Origin: an uncultured Gammaproteobacteria bacterium
GTDB taxonomy: Bacteria; Patescibacteriota; Microgenomatia; UBA10105; UBA927
DNA: 64,000 bases
Direction: 5' to 3'
Assembly (NCBI GenBank): GCA_964629685.1
Contig: CAZVTT010000001.1
Span: 513,319-577,318 of the forward strand
A program made the position numbers and the translations under genes. Under the pieces are notes generated by a model, which did not search any database, was not told the origin of the DNA, and saw only the letters and a program-made list of their open reading frames with translations. This document shows positions 29,468 to 39,877 of the stretch, in pieces (the first letter of the stretch is position 1; each line of letters opens with the position of its first letter).

Positions 29468-31494
29468 TCTTCCACTACCAGGGCTTTTTGGAAAAACTTC
29501 CATCTCCGGTTAAACTCCTGAACCGTCAACGCGGATACGCCGCGCCACGGGTCATTTACCAGTATATGCGTTGGGTTTCCTGCAGGGCCTCTAAATCCGG
29601 TTACAACATACGAATGCATGCCATTGATTGCGTATATTTTTTGTCCGCCCGGTGTAGTCCAAGTGAGTTCATGGGGGTCAGACCATCCGTTCTGACTCCA
29701 AATCAGCACGGGATTACCATTTTGTATTTCCCTTACCAAATCAGCAATTGTGCCGTTTTCATAAAAATGATTCCGTTTATACTGCGAAATGAATCCGATT
29801 ATTGGTTCCCAATACGTACCGTAATCAGATACGTATCCGGTATGGGGGTTTCCGCTGCCACGGGTACCACCCACTCCCACACCTGTTTTTATCTGTGCTT
29901 CCTCCAGGGAAATACCCCGGTATGCGAGAACCATTCTGGTTGCCGCGATGTTGCAGGTAAATGATTCCTGTTGTCTAAAGTATGGGACGAGCAACTTTAA
30001 TTCTTCAGGTGCAGTTGTAAACGTATACGTGACAGTCTCTGTAGAGGGGAGTCCGAAGGGTCCCGTAATACCCTGCAGTATATTCAACGAGTACGGCGTA
30101 CTGTATGCGAGGATAGTTTGCGGTTGGATAGTAACCGTATTTTCTTCCCAACTATATGAGAGCGGCACTTCAGGTTTTAAGCTAATATGTGCTTCGGCTT
30201 CTTTTTGGTTTACCGGTTGATTAAAGGTAATCCGAAGGGGACTATCTACGGGTGTATTGTTGTCAGCATTCCGCGGATCGGATTTTATAATAGATATGGT
30301 ACCCACTGTCTTAAACCTGTAGGTTACGTCTGTCTCTAATTTTCCGCCTGCTCGGTTAGCTAATCCGGTAGGAAATGTAACGGTATATTCAGTATCATTG
30401 ATCCATGGATTATTACCCTCAATTTTCAGTTCTGTATTATTGTTGTTCCAAATATAGTGTAAATCTGACGGGGGATTAATTTTTATTTGTTCCTGTACCG
30501 TAATCGGGTCCATTTCTTCGTCGAATGTAATTTGGATTGGAACAGTTGGTAATATATCTTCCCCTTCGGGCAAAAATGAGGAAATCAGCGGCGGTTTAAC
30601 CGTAGAAAATGTAAAGTCGCGTACGAGTTCATCTTTCGTCGCACTGATGATGGTTTGTGACGTGGTATCAAAAACGGAAGCAGCTTGAAATATTTTTACG
30701 CGATAGGTGGTTCCCTGCTGTAATGGTTTGGCAAAATCAAGAACTAGCTTATCGCGATAGTTTCTTTGGATAGTAAAAAATTGTGACGGTTCAACCGAAA
30801 TATCCCAGATAGTAGACTGACCGTCATGAGGATCTAATGTAAGTGTTATATTCGAATCCGGCGGAATATTCTGTGAATTTTCCGGAGGATCGATCGTGGC
30901 TATTGTTGGCAGGTTTGGAGAATTTAACTCTAACAAATATTCAGCTCCCGGGGAAAAAGACAGAATACCCTCTATGTTTGATACATAAATGAATACTTTA
31001 TCTTCCGGAAGGAATGATATTTGAGGTTTATATGATATTTTCCTGCCGATGGGTAACCATGGCACATATGTATGGAATGACCACTCTCCCTCAACTGTGG
31101 CATTCGTATGCGTCGTAAGACGTGTAAAATTTATGGGACTGGAAAAAGTAATGGTGATCGGTTTGGTATAGTCCTGCAGTTCCCCCTGTTGTACAGGATA
31201 AGTATTTATCACGTAAGGCGTAGTAGTAACAAGCGTAAAGAGAAAATACCAGCAACTTAGTGTTGTAGCTCCAGCGGTTATTCCTATAATAATTGCAGTA
31301 CGTTTTTTGTGTGCATGTATATGGTTTGACGTAATACCGGGCGTTCCTTCCGGAGATTGGGGATAGGGTTTAATGGTGGATTTTTTTACAGCTTTCCGAA
31401 TTAACCATCCGGATATACCTGTGGCTACAGTCGTAATAATGACTATGCATACGAATACAATTTCAAATGATAGATACGGGCGGATTATTTCCAT
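29464..31494 (-). CDS. Membrane-anchored protein with about four bacterial Ig-like domains and a C-terminal C39-like cysteine peptidase
   Basis: Two TMs, repeated P...I.ITF..P/Y.V...F.T Ig-like units, then VPYFRQQ..TC, GMHS, VNDPW (Cys-His-Asp). Confidence 0.8.
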   Translation of the reverse strand: MEIIRPYLSFEIVFVCIVIITTVATGISGWLIRKAVKKSTIKPYPQSPEGTPGITSNHIHAHKKRTAIIIGITAGATTLSCWYFLFTLVTTTPYVINTYPVQQGELQDYTKPITITFSSPINFTRLTTHTNATVEGEWSFHTYVPWLPIGRKISYKPQISFLPEDKVFIYVSNIEGILSFSPGAEYLLELNSPNLPTIATIDPPENSQNIPPDSNITLTLDPHDGQSTIWDISVEPSQFFTIQRNYRDKLVLDFAKPLQQGTTYRVKIFQAASVFDTTSQTIISATKDELVRDFTFSTVKPPLISSFLPEGEDILPTVPIQITFDEEMDPITVQEQIKINPPSDLHYIWNNNNTELKIEGNNPWINDTEYTVTFPTGLANRAGGKLETDVTYRFKTVGTISIIKSDPRNADNNTPVDSPLRITFNQPVNQKEAEAHISLKPEVPLSYSWEENTVTIQPQTILAYSTPYSLNILQGITGPFGLPSTETVTYTFTTAPEELKLLVPYFRQQESFTCNIAATRMVLAYRGISLEEAQIKTGVGVGGTRGSGNPHTGYVSDYGTYWEPIIGFISQYKRNHFYENGTIADLVREIQNGNPVLIWSQNGWSDPHELTWTTPGGQKIYAINGMHSYVVTGFRGPAGNPTHILVNDPWRGVSALTVQEFNRRWKFFQKALVVEE

Positions 31495-34277
31495 TGATCG
31501 TAAATTGTTTTTACCGGTACGTATATTACGGGTCCCAGATCCTTTTTATAAGAGCGTTGCTGAATAGAAGATAATACTGTTCGGATAATCGGAAATTCGA
31601 TTGAAGCCCATTGGGGATGGCTAAGTAATACTACGGCTGTTTTTTGGGTGACTATATCTTCATGCACGTTTATCCGATACCGCCTTAATATCTCCGTCGC
31701 ATCATATTCATTTGTATCTCCTGCAGTATTTGGTATTTCCAATAAAGAGAATGCCGGGGTTCCTGCGCTGTTTTGATCCGTCCTGGACGGATAATAGGGT
31801 TGGGCAGTTATAGGTAGGTTCCAGGGACTTTTCGCTACACCACTCCAGAGCGTTTGTATTCGTCCGGAAGAGTCGTATAAAAAGCCGTTTTCTTCTAACG
31901 CAGCAAGAACTTTGGTATCCGCAAACCATCCGCCTGCACGGTATCCTTTCGGTTCAGGCAGGTTGTTGGCTTTAAATTGTTGTTTTGACCAGCGTAAGAG
32001 TTGTGAAAGCTCCGTTTGAGTATACGTAGTCGTGAGTACGTCATATCCTTCCGCGCTTCTATACCCCCATTTGGGTGAATACCTTGGTGATAATCCGGCA
32101 GCCTGTAAAACATCGAAATGCATATGCAAATGCAGTGCTACCTCATCATTGTTCTGCGCGACCCGTCGTTTAATCCAGTCCGTAAGTACTAGTGCCCGGC
32201 TTACCGGCATTACTGACGGTATATAAATCCGGGGATTAAAAAAGTGCGTAATAGGCAAATGGTCAAATGCCGTTGAAATTTGTTCTAACTCCGTAAGCGT
32301 TTCGTCCGGGACATCCCACCCTTCCCAGTCGAGCGTCCATGCCACATATACCGGTTCAGAGACCATAAATTTTAGTTTGCGGCTTATGACTGAATTTGTT
32401 CCGTTACGTTTGGTAGCAGTAATTGTATGCATACCTGCTGGTAGTGTATCTATTGGAATTTGTTCAACTTGTACAGGTCCACCTATTTTAGGAAAAGAAT
32501 GCTCATTGGTTTCCGAATCTATATGATACGTATATGTACTATTTTCTTCCGGATTATTGTCTTTGATGGAAAGTGCCAGTAGGTCACTTCCGGGTGCTTT
32601 AACAAACCATCTCCGGTTTGTGGTTAAAAGGAGAGGTGCCGTTTGTTCATCTTTGAATTCTGCTGACGGAGAAGCTTCTGTTGCAGTATCAGAACTTAGT
32701 GTCTCAATCTTTTGCGGGTAGTCACTGCCATAATAAACGGTATAGCTTGAGTCTGTTTTTCCGGGTTGAATTGTTTCCGTTACCGAAAATTTTAACACCG
32801 AGAAGGCCGTGTTAGGAAAAATTAACCTACTGGGAACCGTCTGGGTTTCACCGTTCCGTTGTTCTACAATCTGCAAGTCACTGCCGTCTGCAGCAGCTTT
32901 TTTTGTTTTCACCAGGGCAGCGTGATCAAGTTGTAATCCAATTGTATCTCCACTGTTAACCTGTTTACCGTTGGGCGGATTTGTAATGCTAATGGTTTTT
33001 CTATATCCGTATTCCTGGTGGTACCAGTCTGCAATTTCAATCTTTGTTTTGGGTAGAATATCCTTCTGAGTAGATGTTTGAACTGTTGTTCTGGGGTATC
33101 TCCAAATTCCTCCATAAGGGCTGTTGTAGGGATTTGCATTGATAATAATAAGAACAGCAAATACACTCCAGACCGTAAATACAAAAGATAAGACCGGTAT
33201 GGATTCCTGTTCTTCTTGCTTACTTCCCGTAGCATACCTTCCCTGAACCAGCAGGCAACAGCTTATTACGACTATACAGGAGACGATGAAGAGGCTGAAT
33301 GATGAGTAAAAAGTATATCCGATAAATTGTTTGTAGCTTAGTAAAAAAACAAGATGGAGCAGATAGATAAAGAGTGTTTTTTTTCCAGTGTTACTGAATA
33401 TATTGCGTATTCGTTTGAAGTGTTTATGGTTTGTCCCAAGCGTTCGCAGAAAAATAAATATACAAAAATATGAAACGATACCGATGCTGAGAAAACCCAC
33501 TGATGGTGGCCAACGAAACGGCGGGCTGATTAGTCCTGTTGGTATTATTTTAATGAGTGCAATACAGAGTCCAGTACTAATCATTCCTGCCAATACTACT
33601 CTTACCCCATAAGAGAGTTGGTTTTTTTTGTTGATTAGTGCAAACCAACCACCCAAGAGAAATAAGGGCGTATACTGGAATACGGGAAATCGTAAATATC
33701 CTTGAGAGCCTACAAGTAATGCCTTATAAGGCGTTAGTTCTACAGGTACCGGTATTGTATATAGCCACATCCCTAGGGCGTATATGCCAGCGGATACGAT
33801 GCCGGTGAGCCAAAAATTGTTAAGAGTTTGTCGAATTATGGGTCTGAATATAGTGAAAACCAGTGGAATGACTAAAAGCGGAAGCAAAAATTCGGTAAAA
33901 CTGGGAACATCTTGTAGTGCCAATATCCGAATCATTCTTGTAACAAATGTACCGCCATTGCTGCCTGTAGACACCATTGTGAGTGACGCTGCAAGCAGGT
34001 ATACACCGTAGATAAGAGAGCTCCTTTTGATGGCCATCCGCAGTCCGTCAGCAATTGTGCTGCTTTTGGATAGCTTCATGGCTGCGACTGCTCCAGCCGT
34101 AATGAAAAAGAAGCTAACCGTTAACGTATTTAATGTACGGGATAATATGCTAATAAAAATAGGAGTATCCCGTGACAGGAAAAAGAGTGTGTGCGATAAA
34201 ACCATCATCGCAGCGGCTATTCCGCGCAAAATATCCCAAATTGATTCACGGGGTGAAGAATCGGTTAGTTTGTTCAT
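31485..34277 (-). CDS. Fusion: acyltransferase-like membrane domain + DUF2341-like domain + polysaccharide deacetylase-like barrel
   Basis: WDILRGIA...M...H and YLLHL (OpgC/HGSNAT-like); W...Y.YRK.I.I....DGSDL..V...Y.VYYG; TLDWEG, EVALHLH, YRAGGW, YDSS, LEIP, LSHP. Confidence 0.7.
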   Translation of the reverse strand: MNKLTDSSPRESIWDILRGIAAAMMVLSHTLFFLSRDTPIFISILSRTLNTLTVSFFFITAGAVAAMKLSKSSTIADGLRMAIKRSSLIYGVYLLAASLTMVSTGSNGGTFVTRMIRILALQDVPSFTEFLLPLLVIPLVFTIFRPIIRQTLNNFWLTGIVSAGIYALGMWLYTIPVPVELTPYKALLVGSQGYLRFPVFQYTPLFLLGGWFALINKKNQLSYGVRVVLAGMISTGLCIALIKIIPTGLISPPFRWPPSVGFLSIGIVSYFCIFIFLRTLGTNHKHFKRIRNIFSNTGKKTLFIYLLHLVFLLSYKQFIGYTFYSSFSLFIVSCIVVISCCLLVQGRYATGSKQEEQESIPVLSFVFTVWSVFAVLIIINANPYNSPYGGIWRYPRTTVQTSTQKDILPKTKIEIADWYHQEYGYRKTISITNPPNGKQVNSGDTIGLQLDHAALVKTKKAAADGSDLQIVEQRNGETQTVPSRLIFPNTAFSVLKFSVTETIQPGKTDSSYTVYYGSDYPQKIETLSSDTATEASPSAEFKDEQTAPLLLTTNRRWFVKAPGSDLLALSIKDNNPEENSTYTYHIDSETNEHSFPKIGGPVQVEQIPIDTLPAGMHTITATKRNGTNSVISRKLKFMVSEPVYVAWTLDWEGWDVPDETLTELEQISTAFDHLPITHFFNPRIYIPSVMPVSRALVLTDWIKRRVAQNNDEVALHLHMHFDVLQAAGLSPRYSPKWGYRSAEGYDVLTTTYTQTELSQLLRWSKQQFKANNLPEPKGYRAGGWFADTKVLAALEENGFLYDSSGRIQTLWSGVAKSPWNLPITAQPYYPSRTDQNSAGTPAFSLLEIPNTAGDTNEYDATEILRRYRINVHEDIVTQKTAVVLLSHPQWASIEFPIIRTVLSSIQQRSYKKDLGPVIYVPVKTIYDQWK

Positions 34278-34381
34278 ATATTCCTTACCTTCTATTGTAG
34301 GAAAATACAATGAATCCTGCTATGAGTTCATTTTTTTATGTATGCCACCAGATTTAATGGTCGTGGTATACTGCTCGAATA

Positions 34382-34912
34382 ATGAATACTCTTTATACAG
34401 TGGCGATTTTCGGACCCTGGGATCATACTTTTTTATTCGATGAAGTCGCAGTGCGACGTGAAGTTGAATCTCATATGCGTAACCAAAGCAGAATTATTTC
34501 AGGAGGTATGTTTGGGGTAGATTTTATTGCGGTAGATGAAGCACTCGTGTTTGATTCGTGGGCTGAACGGATTCATATTATACTTCCGGCAGAACTTAGT
34601 GTATGCGAAGCGTATTTATTAGGGCTTGAGAAGAAGAAGCATATTACTTCATTTCAAGTCAAAATGGTGTTGGCACAAATTAAATCAGTAGAGAATGCTA
34701 ACCCCGAAGCCGTTACCGTGTTATCCTCGGATAAGGTTATGAGTACCAGTTCGTTTCGTAACAGAAACGAGGCGATAATTTCTGCGGCAGATGAAATAGT
34801 ATTGTTTTGGGATGATGACGTGCCCCAATTGACAGCGCTTAAAAGGTTAGCGGAAAAAACTGGAAAAATTTTTTCCGTGAGAACGTTACCTAAACGAAAA
34901 AGATCAGGGTGA
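34382..34912 (+). CDS. SLOG-superfamily (DprA/YpsA-like) protein
   Basis: VAIFG, IISGG.FGVD, RNE.II..AD....FW. Confidence 0.65.
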   Translation: MNTLYTVAIFGPWDHTFLFDEVAVRREVESHMRNQSRIISGGMFGVDFIAVDEALVFDSWAERIHIILPAELSVCEAYLLGLEKKKHITSFQVKMVLAQIKSVENANPEAVTVLSSDKVMSTSSFRNRNEAIISAADEIVLFWDDDVPQLTALKRLAEKTGKIFSVRTLPKRKRSG

Positions 34913-35563
34913 GGGAACTATCGACTGTATAACCTGTTCAACCGTGTTTTTGTTGATTTCCTGATTCGGTCCGGGATAAATTGTTGCTACAGCCCGGAAT
35001 AGATCATCTCCGCTGACTCCCGCGGCAGCAATAGTCATAGTACCCACGTTTAGAACTGCCGTACTTTTTTTGAACGGATGTTCATTTATGCTGCCTATTT
35101 CGCACGTCATGGTTTTCCCTCCGCAATCCAGCAGTGAGTCTATGGTTCTTCCGTTTCCACCGGCAGTTATAGTTAGCGTTATCCGAACCGCATCGTTGGG
35201 GATACCACTCTTGTCCGCTTGTCCGACACGGTAGTTAGTAATAAGTTTTGTATCTATAATTTTTTCAACTCCGGTATTTTGCGTATCTGACTGAGGTGAT
35301 ATTTGCCAACGGGAAGGATATTTTATTTCCCAACTGGAGCTTTTGCCTTTAATAATTATACTTTCTGTAAGTTGTGGAGTTTTTTCTGCTTTGCGTGTGG
35401 GTTTTGGTAATGTCGGTAGCAACCGGACAATCGGGATTTGTTTTGTCCATTGCCAAACTAAGCCAATAAGCAGGATAGCTAAAACAGTTGCCAACAAAAT
35501 TGGCCTGGTCCAGGATAGTTTACGAAGTCTGAATGGTATATGTAACGGTTTTTGAACTTTCAT
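34904..35563 (-). CDS. Membrane-anchored hypothetical protein (PsbP-like fold possible)
   Basis: N-terminal TM, IKYPSRW motif, terminal EQVIQSI helix. Confidence 0.6.
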   Translation of the reverse strand: MKVQKPLHIPFRLRKLSWTRPILLATVLAILLIGLVWQWTKQIPIVRLLPTLPKPTRKAEKTPQLTESIIIKGKSSSWEIKYPSRWQISPQSDTQNTGVEKIIDTKLITNYRVGQADKSGIPNDAVRITLTITAGGNGRTIDSLLDCGGKTMTCEIGSINEHPFKKSTAVLNVGTMTIAAAGVSGDDLFRAVATIYPGPNQEINKNTVEQVIQSIVPSP

Positions 35564-35711
35564 ATTCTCTAAAACATAGTATGATTTCAGTTTCCGTAGT
35601 TGATCGGCTTTGGTATAAGTTTTCGGAGCAATAATACCTATACCCCTACGGTAGTATTATACAGCCTGAAGCCAAAATAACTGAAATTCCGTGTACTGTA
35701 TCAATTAAGTA

Positions 35712-38396
35712 CTAATGCAAAGGGGTTAGTTCTTTGACTGCATAACATTCGTCGTTTTTGTTGGAAATCGTAAAACCCTTTTTTTCAAGCATGTGCAGCA
35801 TTACGGTATTATCTGCCAATACATGAGCGTATATTTGATGGATTCCACGGTCTCTGGCAATATTTAAAATGTAATCAATGAGATAGCTTCCTAGTCCCAG
35901 GCCATGCCAAGGGTCACCCACGACGATGGCAAATTCTGCCTGGTCGTTATACGCGTCGGCTATTATTCTGGTTACCCCAATCATCTGTGGTTTTTCACCC
36001 TCATTTATGATTGCCACAATAGCAATTTCCCGGTCATAGTCGATTTGGGTATACCGAATAAGCATGTCGTGGGAGACATCTTTAAGATATCCGAAAAAAC
36101 GAAACCGCTGCGTTTCCCGCGAAAAGGTTTTGAACATTTCCGCCTCCAAGGGCTCATCTTCAGGACGGATTGGTCTAAGCGAAATGACCATACCATTTTT
36201 CGCCGTGAATGTGTTTTTGTATTCGGCCGGATACGGAGAGATAACAAGATGTGAGTATGGTTGTATGGTATTCCCTGATATCCCGGGATCAAGGAGTACC
36301 TTGGCATCTAATACAATTCCACCATGCTCGTCCACGGAAAATGGGTTTATATCTATTTCTTGAATTTCCGGAATATCCATTATGAGATAGGCAAATGCAT
36401 ACAAGACAAATTGGATGGATTTTATATCTGCAGCCGGCATATTGCGGTACCCCTTAAGTAGCGTGGATATTTTTGTATCTTCTATGAGTCGGCTGGCTAA
36501 TGCCATGTTCAGCGGTGGCAAACCGACGGTTGTGTCTTTGAAAATATCTACCGCAACTCCACCCATACCAAAAACGATGGCAGGGCCGAATATAGAATCC
36601 TTTTTACAACCGATAATGAGTTCATATGTTTTTTTAACCATTCTTTCTACCAGCACTCCGTCTAAGCGTGCAGATGGTGCTGTTTCTTTAACAACACTAA
36701 GTATTTTGTCATAGGCACGCCGAACTTCGACAGATGACGTAATGTTAAGTATTTTTCCTCCCGTTTCCGTTTTATGAAGAATATCCGCTGATGAAATTTT
36801 GAGTACGACCGGATAGCCAATCTTGTCAGCTATAGCTACTGCTTCGTCCTGCGATCTGGCAACTTCGCCTTCTACTACCGGAATTTCGTATGTCCGTAAG
36901 AGGTGTTTAGTTTCATATTCCGTTAACGCGTATCTTCCTGTTTGGGCAATAGTGTGTATGAGAGCTTTGGCGGCAGCTTTGTCCGGAGAAAATGCATGGG
37001 GAATTGTTGCCGGTGTTTCCTGGAGTATTGTTAAGTTCCGTTTATATCTATACATATTCATAAAACACCGTACAGCATGTTCAGGAATACGATATACCGG
37101 TATTCGAGCTTGTTCCAAAATTTCTCTTCCGGTATCTACGTTAAATTCTCCCATCCAGGAAGCCAGTATAACTTTATCAGTAGTTTTCCTGATGGTAGCG
37201 ATTGCCTGGGCGATGGCTATTGGATCAGTCATCGCCTGTGGTGTAAGTACAATTACTATTCCGTCTACCTGTTCATCTGCTAAGCATGTCTTAATGGCAT
37301 GTGTGTATCGTTCCGGATCTGCGTCCCCCAATATATCTATCGGATTAGCGTGACTCCATGCCGGGGGTAATTTCTCGGATAATATTTCGATTGTTCTCGG
37401 TGCGAGTTCTGCCAGGTGTCCGTTTTGTTCAATTAACGCATCGGTAGCAATAACACCCGGACCACCTGCATTCGTAATGATGGCTAATCTGTTACCGTAC
37501 GGAAGTTTTTGCATATCCAGTGTTTCTGCGGCGTCAAAGAGTTCCCCGATAGTTTGAACACGTAACATTCCCGCTCGCTTGAATGCAGCATCAAATACCC
37601 TATCATTTCCGGCCAGGCTTCCCGTATGCGATTTGGCTGCACGGGTGCCTTCCAGGCTTTTTCCGGATTTGAGTACGATTACCGGTTTTATGCGGGAAGC
37701 AGCTCGGGCTGCACTTAGGAAGTTTCTGGCTTTTGTTAACGATTCCATATAGAGAATAATACTTTCGGTTTCCCGGTCGTTGGCAAAATAGTCGATGAGA
37801 TTGTGGAATCCTACATCAACCATATCGCCGATTGAGATAAAGGCACTAAAGCCAACGTAGTTTTTATTTGCCCAATCGAGAATAGCTGTACAAAGTGCCC
37901 CGCTCTGAGAGATAAACGCAATTTTTCCCGGTTGTGCAGTAATGCGGGCGAACGAGGCATTTAGAGATTGGGAAGGCCGCATAAATCCTAAACAATTTGG
38001 TCCTATTATCGGAATTCCTGCTGGTTTAGAGAGAGAAAGTATTTGTTGGGTAAGATTGTTTCCTTCTCCGCCGCTTTCCGAAAATCCACTGGAAAGAATA
38101 GTGATTCCTTTTACATTTCGCTGTAGCGCTTCTGCAACTATTCCTGGTACCGTCTTTGCCGGTGTGGCTATAATAACCAGATCCAGTTCAACGTTTATTT
38201 CCGTTAATGAGGAAAAGCATCGGTGATCACCTATTTGCGTATATTTGGGATTAACAGAATATACTTCTCCACTATAGGCACTATGAATAAGGTTATGATA
38301 CACGGCTCCGCCAACGTGCAGTTGCTCTTCACTGGCTCCGATAACAGCAATCCGTTTAGGATTTAGTAGCGCATCCAGGCGGTCGGAATATGTCAT
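35712..38396 (-). CDS. pat: Acetate-CoA ligase-like/GNAT protein lysine acetyltransferase (Pat/PatZ family)
   Basis: IAVIGAS, GPNCLG, SQSGA, SHTGSLAG, TNAGGPG, NPIDILGDA, ATP-grasp domain, C-terminal GNAT (LRPIRPED, WHGLGLG). Confidence 0.92.
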   Translation of the reverse strand: MTYSDRLDALLNPKRIAVIGASEEQLHVGGAVYHNLIHSAYSGEVYSVNPKYTQIGDHRCFSSLTEINVELDLVIIATPAKTVPGIVAEALQRNVKGITILSSGFSESGGEGNNLTQQILSLSKPAGIPIIGPNCLGFMRPSQSLNASFARITAQPGKIAFISQSGALCTAILDWANKNYVGFSAFISIGDMVDVGFHNLIDYFANDRETESIILYMESLTKARNFLSAARAASRIKPVIVLKSGKSLEGTRAAKSHTGSLAGNDRVFDAAFKRAGMLRVQTIGELFDAAETLDMQKLPYGNRLAIITNAGGPGVIATDALIEQNGHLAELAPRTIEILSEKLPPAWSHANPIDILGDADPERYTHAIKTCLADEQVDGIVIVLTPQAMTDPIAIAQAIATIRKTTDKVILASWMGEFNVDTGREILEQARIPVYRIPEHAVRCFMNMYRYKRNLTILQETPATIPHAFSPDKAAAKALIHTIAQTGRYALTEYETKHLLRTYEIPVVEGEVARSQDEAVAIADKIGYPVVLKISSADILHKTETGGKILNITSSVEVRRAYDKILSVVKETAPSARLDGVLVERMVKKTYELIIGCKKDSIFGPAIVFGMGGVAVDIFKDTTVGLPPLNMALASRLIEDTKISTLLKGYRNMPAADIKSIQFVLYAFAYLIMDIPEIQEIDINPFSVDEHGGIVLDAKVLLDPGISGNTIQPYSHLVISPYPAEYKNTFTAKNGMVISLRPIRPEDEPLEAEMFKTFSRETQRFRFFGYLKDVSHDMLIRYTQIDYDREIAIVAIINEGEKPQMIGVTRIIADAYNDQAEFAIVVGDPWHGLGLGSYLIDYILNIARDRGIHQIYAHVLADNTVMLHMLEKKGFTISNKNDECYAVKELTPLH

Positions 38397-38399
38397 GGG

Positions 38400-39362
38400 T
38401 TATTTCTTAAAATTCCAGTATGGTTGCAGATTATTTTCTAAATTATCAAGCGTCATGCGGGCATTTTCGATAATCGGTATTCGGGATTCGGATGTTGGTT
38501 CCTGATAACTATGTGACTCGTCATTTACACCTTGAAGAAAACTATAAGCACAGGCTGGCAATGTATGCGTATTGTATCCGCCTTCTAACGTAGCAAAGAG
38601 CGGGACTCCGGTCCTGAATAGCTGCTGACCTATGAAATAATAACTATTCGTGGTGAGATGAAGAGTTAGCAGTGGGTCTGAATGGTGTCCGTCAAATCCA
38701 GCAGAAACGGCAATTACATCGGGTTTGAATTGTTCTACTATCGGCAATAGCCAGGTTATAGCAGTATGAAATACATCGTCGCCGCTTTCGGAAGGAAGGG
38801 GGATATTAACGGTATAACCCAGACCGTTTTCAGAACCGATATTGTCTACACTTCCACCTCCAGGATATGCATCTCCCTGATGGGTTGAGCAATACAGAAC
38901 CTGATTACTGGTGCTGAAATATGCTGCGGTTCCATCACCAAAATGGCCGTCAAAATCGATTATGGCTACTTTTTTATTTTGCTTAACAAGTTTTTCTACG
39001 GCCACGGCTATATTGTTAAAAAGGCAAAATCCCCGTCCATGTTTTGCGTGGGCATGGTGACCGGGGGGGCGAACGAGTGCAAATTGATGTTGTTGGGATG
39101 CAGTAATAGTTAAATTTACAGCAGCTACCGCTGCGGCAAAACTTCGTGGTGAGGTAACAGTATCGTTATCGAGTGGAATGCTTTTGGCTGCGCAGTCACG
39201 GACGAATGTTATGTAGTCTAAAGGATGCACCAGTGTTAAAGCTGTTTCCGTGAAGTCGACAGGATATTCCTGAAGTTGACCGAATGCTGTTAAACGGTTC
39301 TTATTTTCGGGATGGGTTCCGGTGTCATGTTCCAGAAAAATAGAGTTGAACAAAAAATCCAT
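38400..39362 (-). CDS. Zn-dependent histone deacetylase-family protein (AcuC/Hda-like)
   Basis: HPE...RL, RPPGHHA, GFCLFNN, DFDGHFGDG, SAGFDGH, LEGGY. Confidence 0.93.
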   Translation of the reverse strand: MDFLFNSIFLEHDTGTHPENKNRLTAFGQLQEYPVDFTETALTLVHPLDYITFVRDCAAKSIPLDNDTVTSPRSFAAAVAAVNLTITASQQHQFALVRPPGHHAHAKHGRGFCLFNNIAVAVEKLVKQNKKVAIIDFDGHFGDGTAAYFSTSNQVLYCSTHQGDAYPGGGSVDNIGSENGLGYTVNIPLPSESGDDVFHTAITWLLPIVEQFKPDVIAVSAGFDGHHSDPLLTLHLTTNSYYFIGQQLFRTGVPLFATLEGGYNTHTLPACAYSFLQGVNDESHSYQEPTSESRIPIIENARMTLDNLENNLQPYWNFKK

Positions 39363-39427
39363 ACTGCTGTATCAGTATACATCAGTATTCTTTTCGTTTG
39401 CTGTATGATATTTGTTATACTTTCCGT

Positions 39428-39835
39428 ATGTCTGGTGATTCTCTTTCTTCTATACGTGTTATAGCAATAATCGGCATTTCAGCTTCGCCAGACAGACCGA
39501 GTTTCCAAGTCGCGAGTTACTTGAGAAATAATAACTTTGAAATTATTCCTATAAACCCTGCGCTCTCAGAATGGGAAGGGGTACCGGCATATCCGGATCT
39601 CAAACACGTACCCCAAAATATAACCATAGATGTGGTGAATATTTTTCGTAAACGTGAACATATTCTGGTACATGTAAGAGAAGCTGCAGAACGTGATGAT
39701 GTTTCTTTAATCTGGTTACCGGAGGGAATTATTGTGCCGGAAGCGGAACAGATTGCAGCGCGGTATGGAAAACAGTTGGTCATGAATGCCTGCATGATGA
39801 AACAGCATAGTGTTGGAGAAAACCCTGTGTTATAG
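39428..39835 (+). CDS. CoA-binding domain protein (YccU-like)
   Basis: IAIIGIS..PDRPS..VA.YL, PINP, IDVVNIFR, W..EG, N.C. Confidence 0.88.
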   Translation: MSGDSLSSIRVIAIIGISASPDRPSFQVASYLRNNNFEIIPINPALSEWEGVPAYPDLKHVPQNITIDVVNIFRKREHILVHVREAAERDDVSLIWLPEGIIVPEAEQIAARYGKQLVMNACMMKQHSVGENPVL

Positions 39836-39877
39836 CTTCTGCTATAGAATTTACTGTAAATTGCGTACAATTACTGT

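Noticed and set aside
34382-34912. SLOG protein as part of an anti-phage system
   Set aside because: Stand-alone, with no TIR/sirtuin/effector partner adjacent
35636-35690. CsoR-like ATACCCCTACGGTAGTAT and a third ctgaa pair
   Set aside because: Imperfect symmetry with no copper gene adjacent; ctgaa spacing is 15 bp rather than 11
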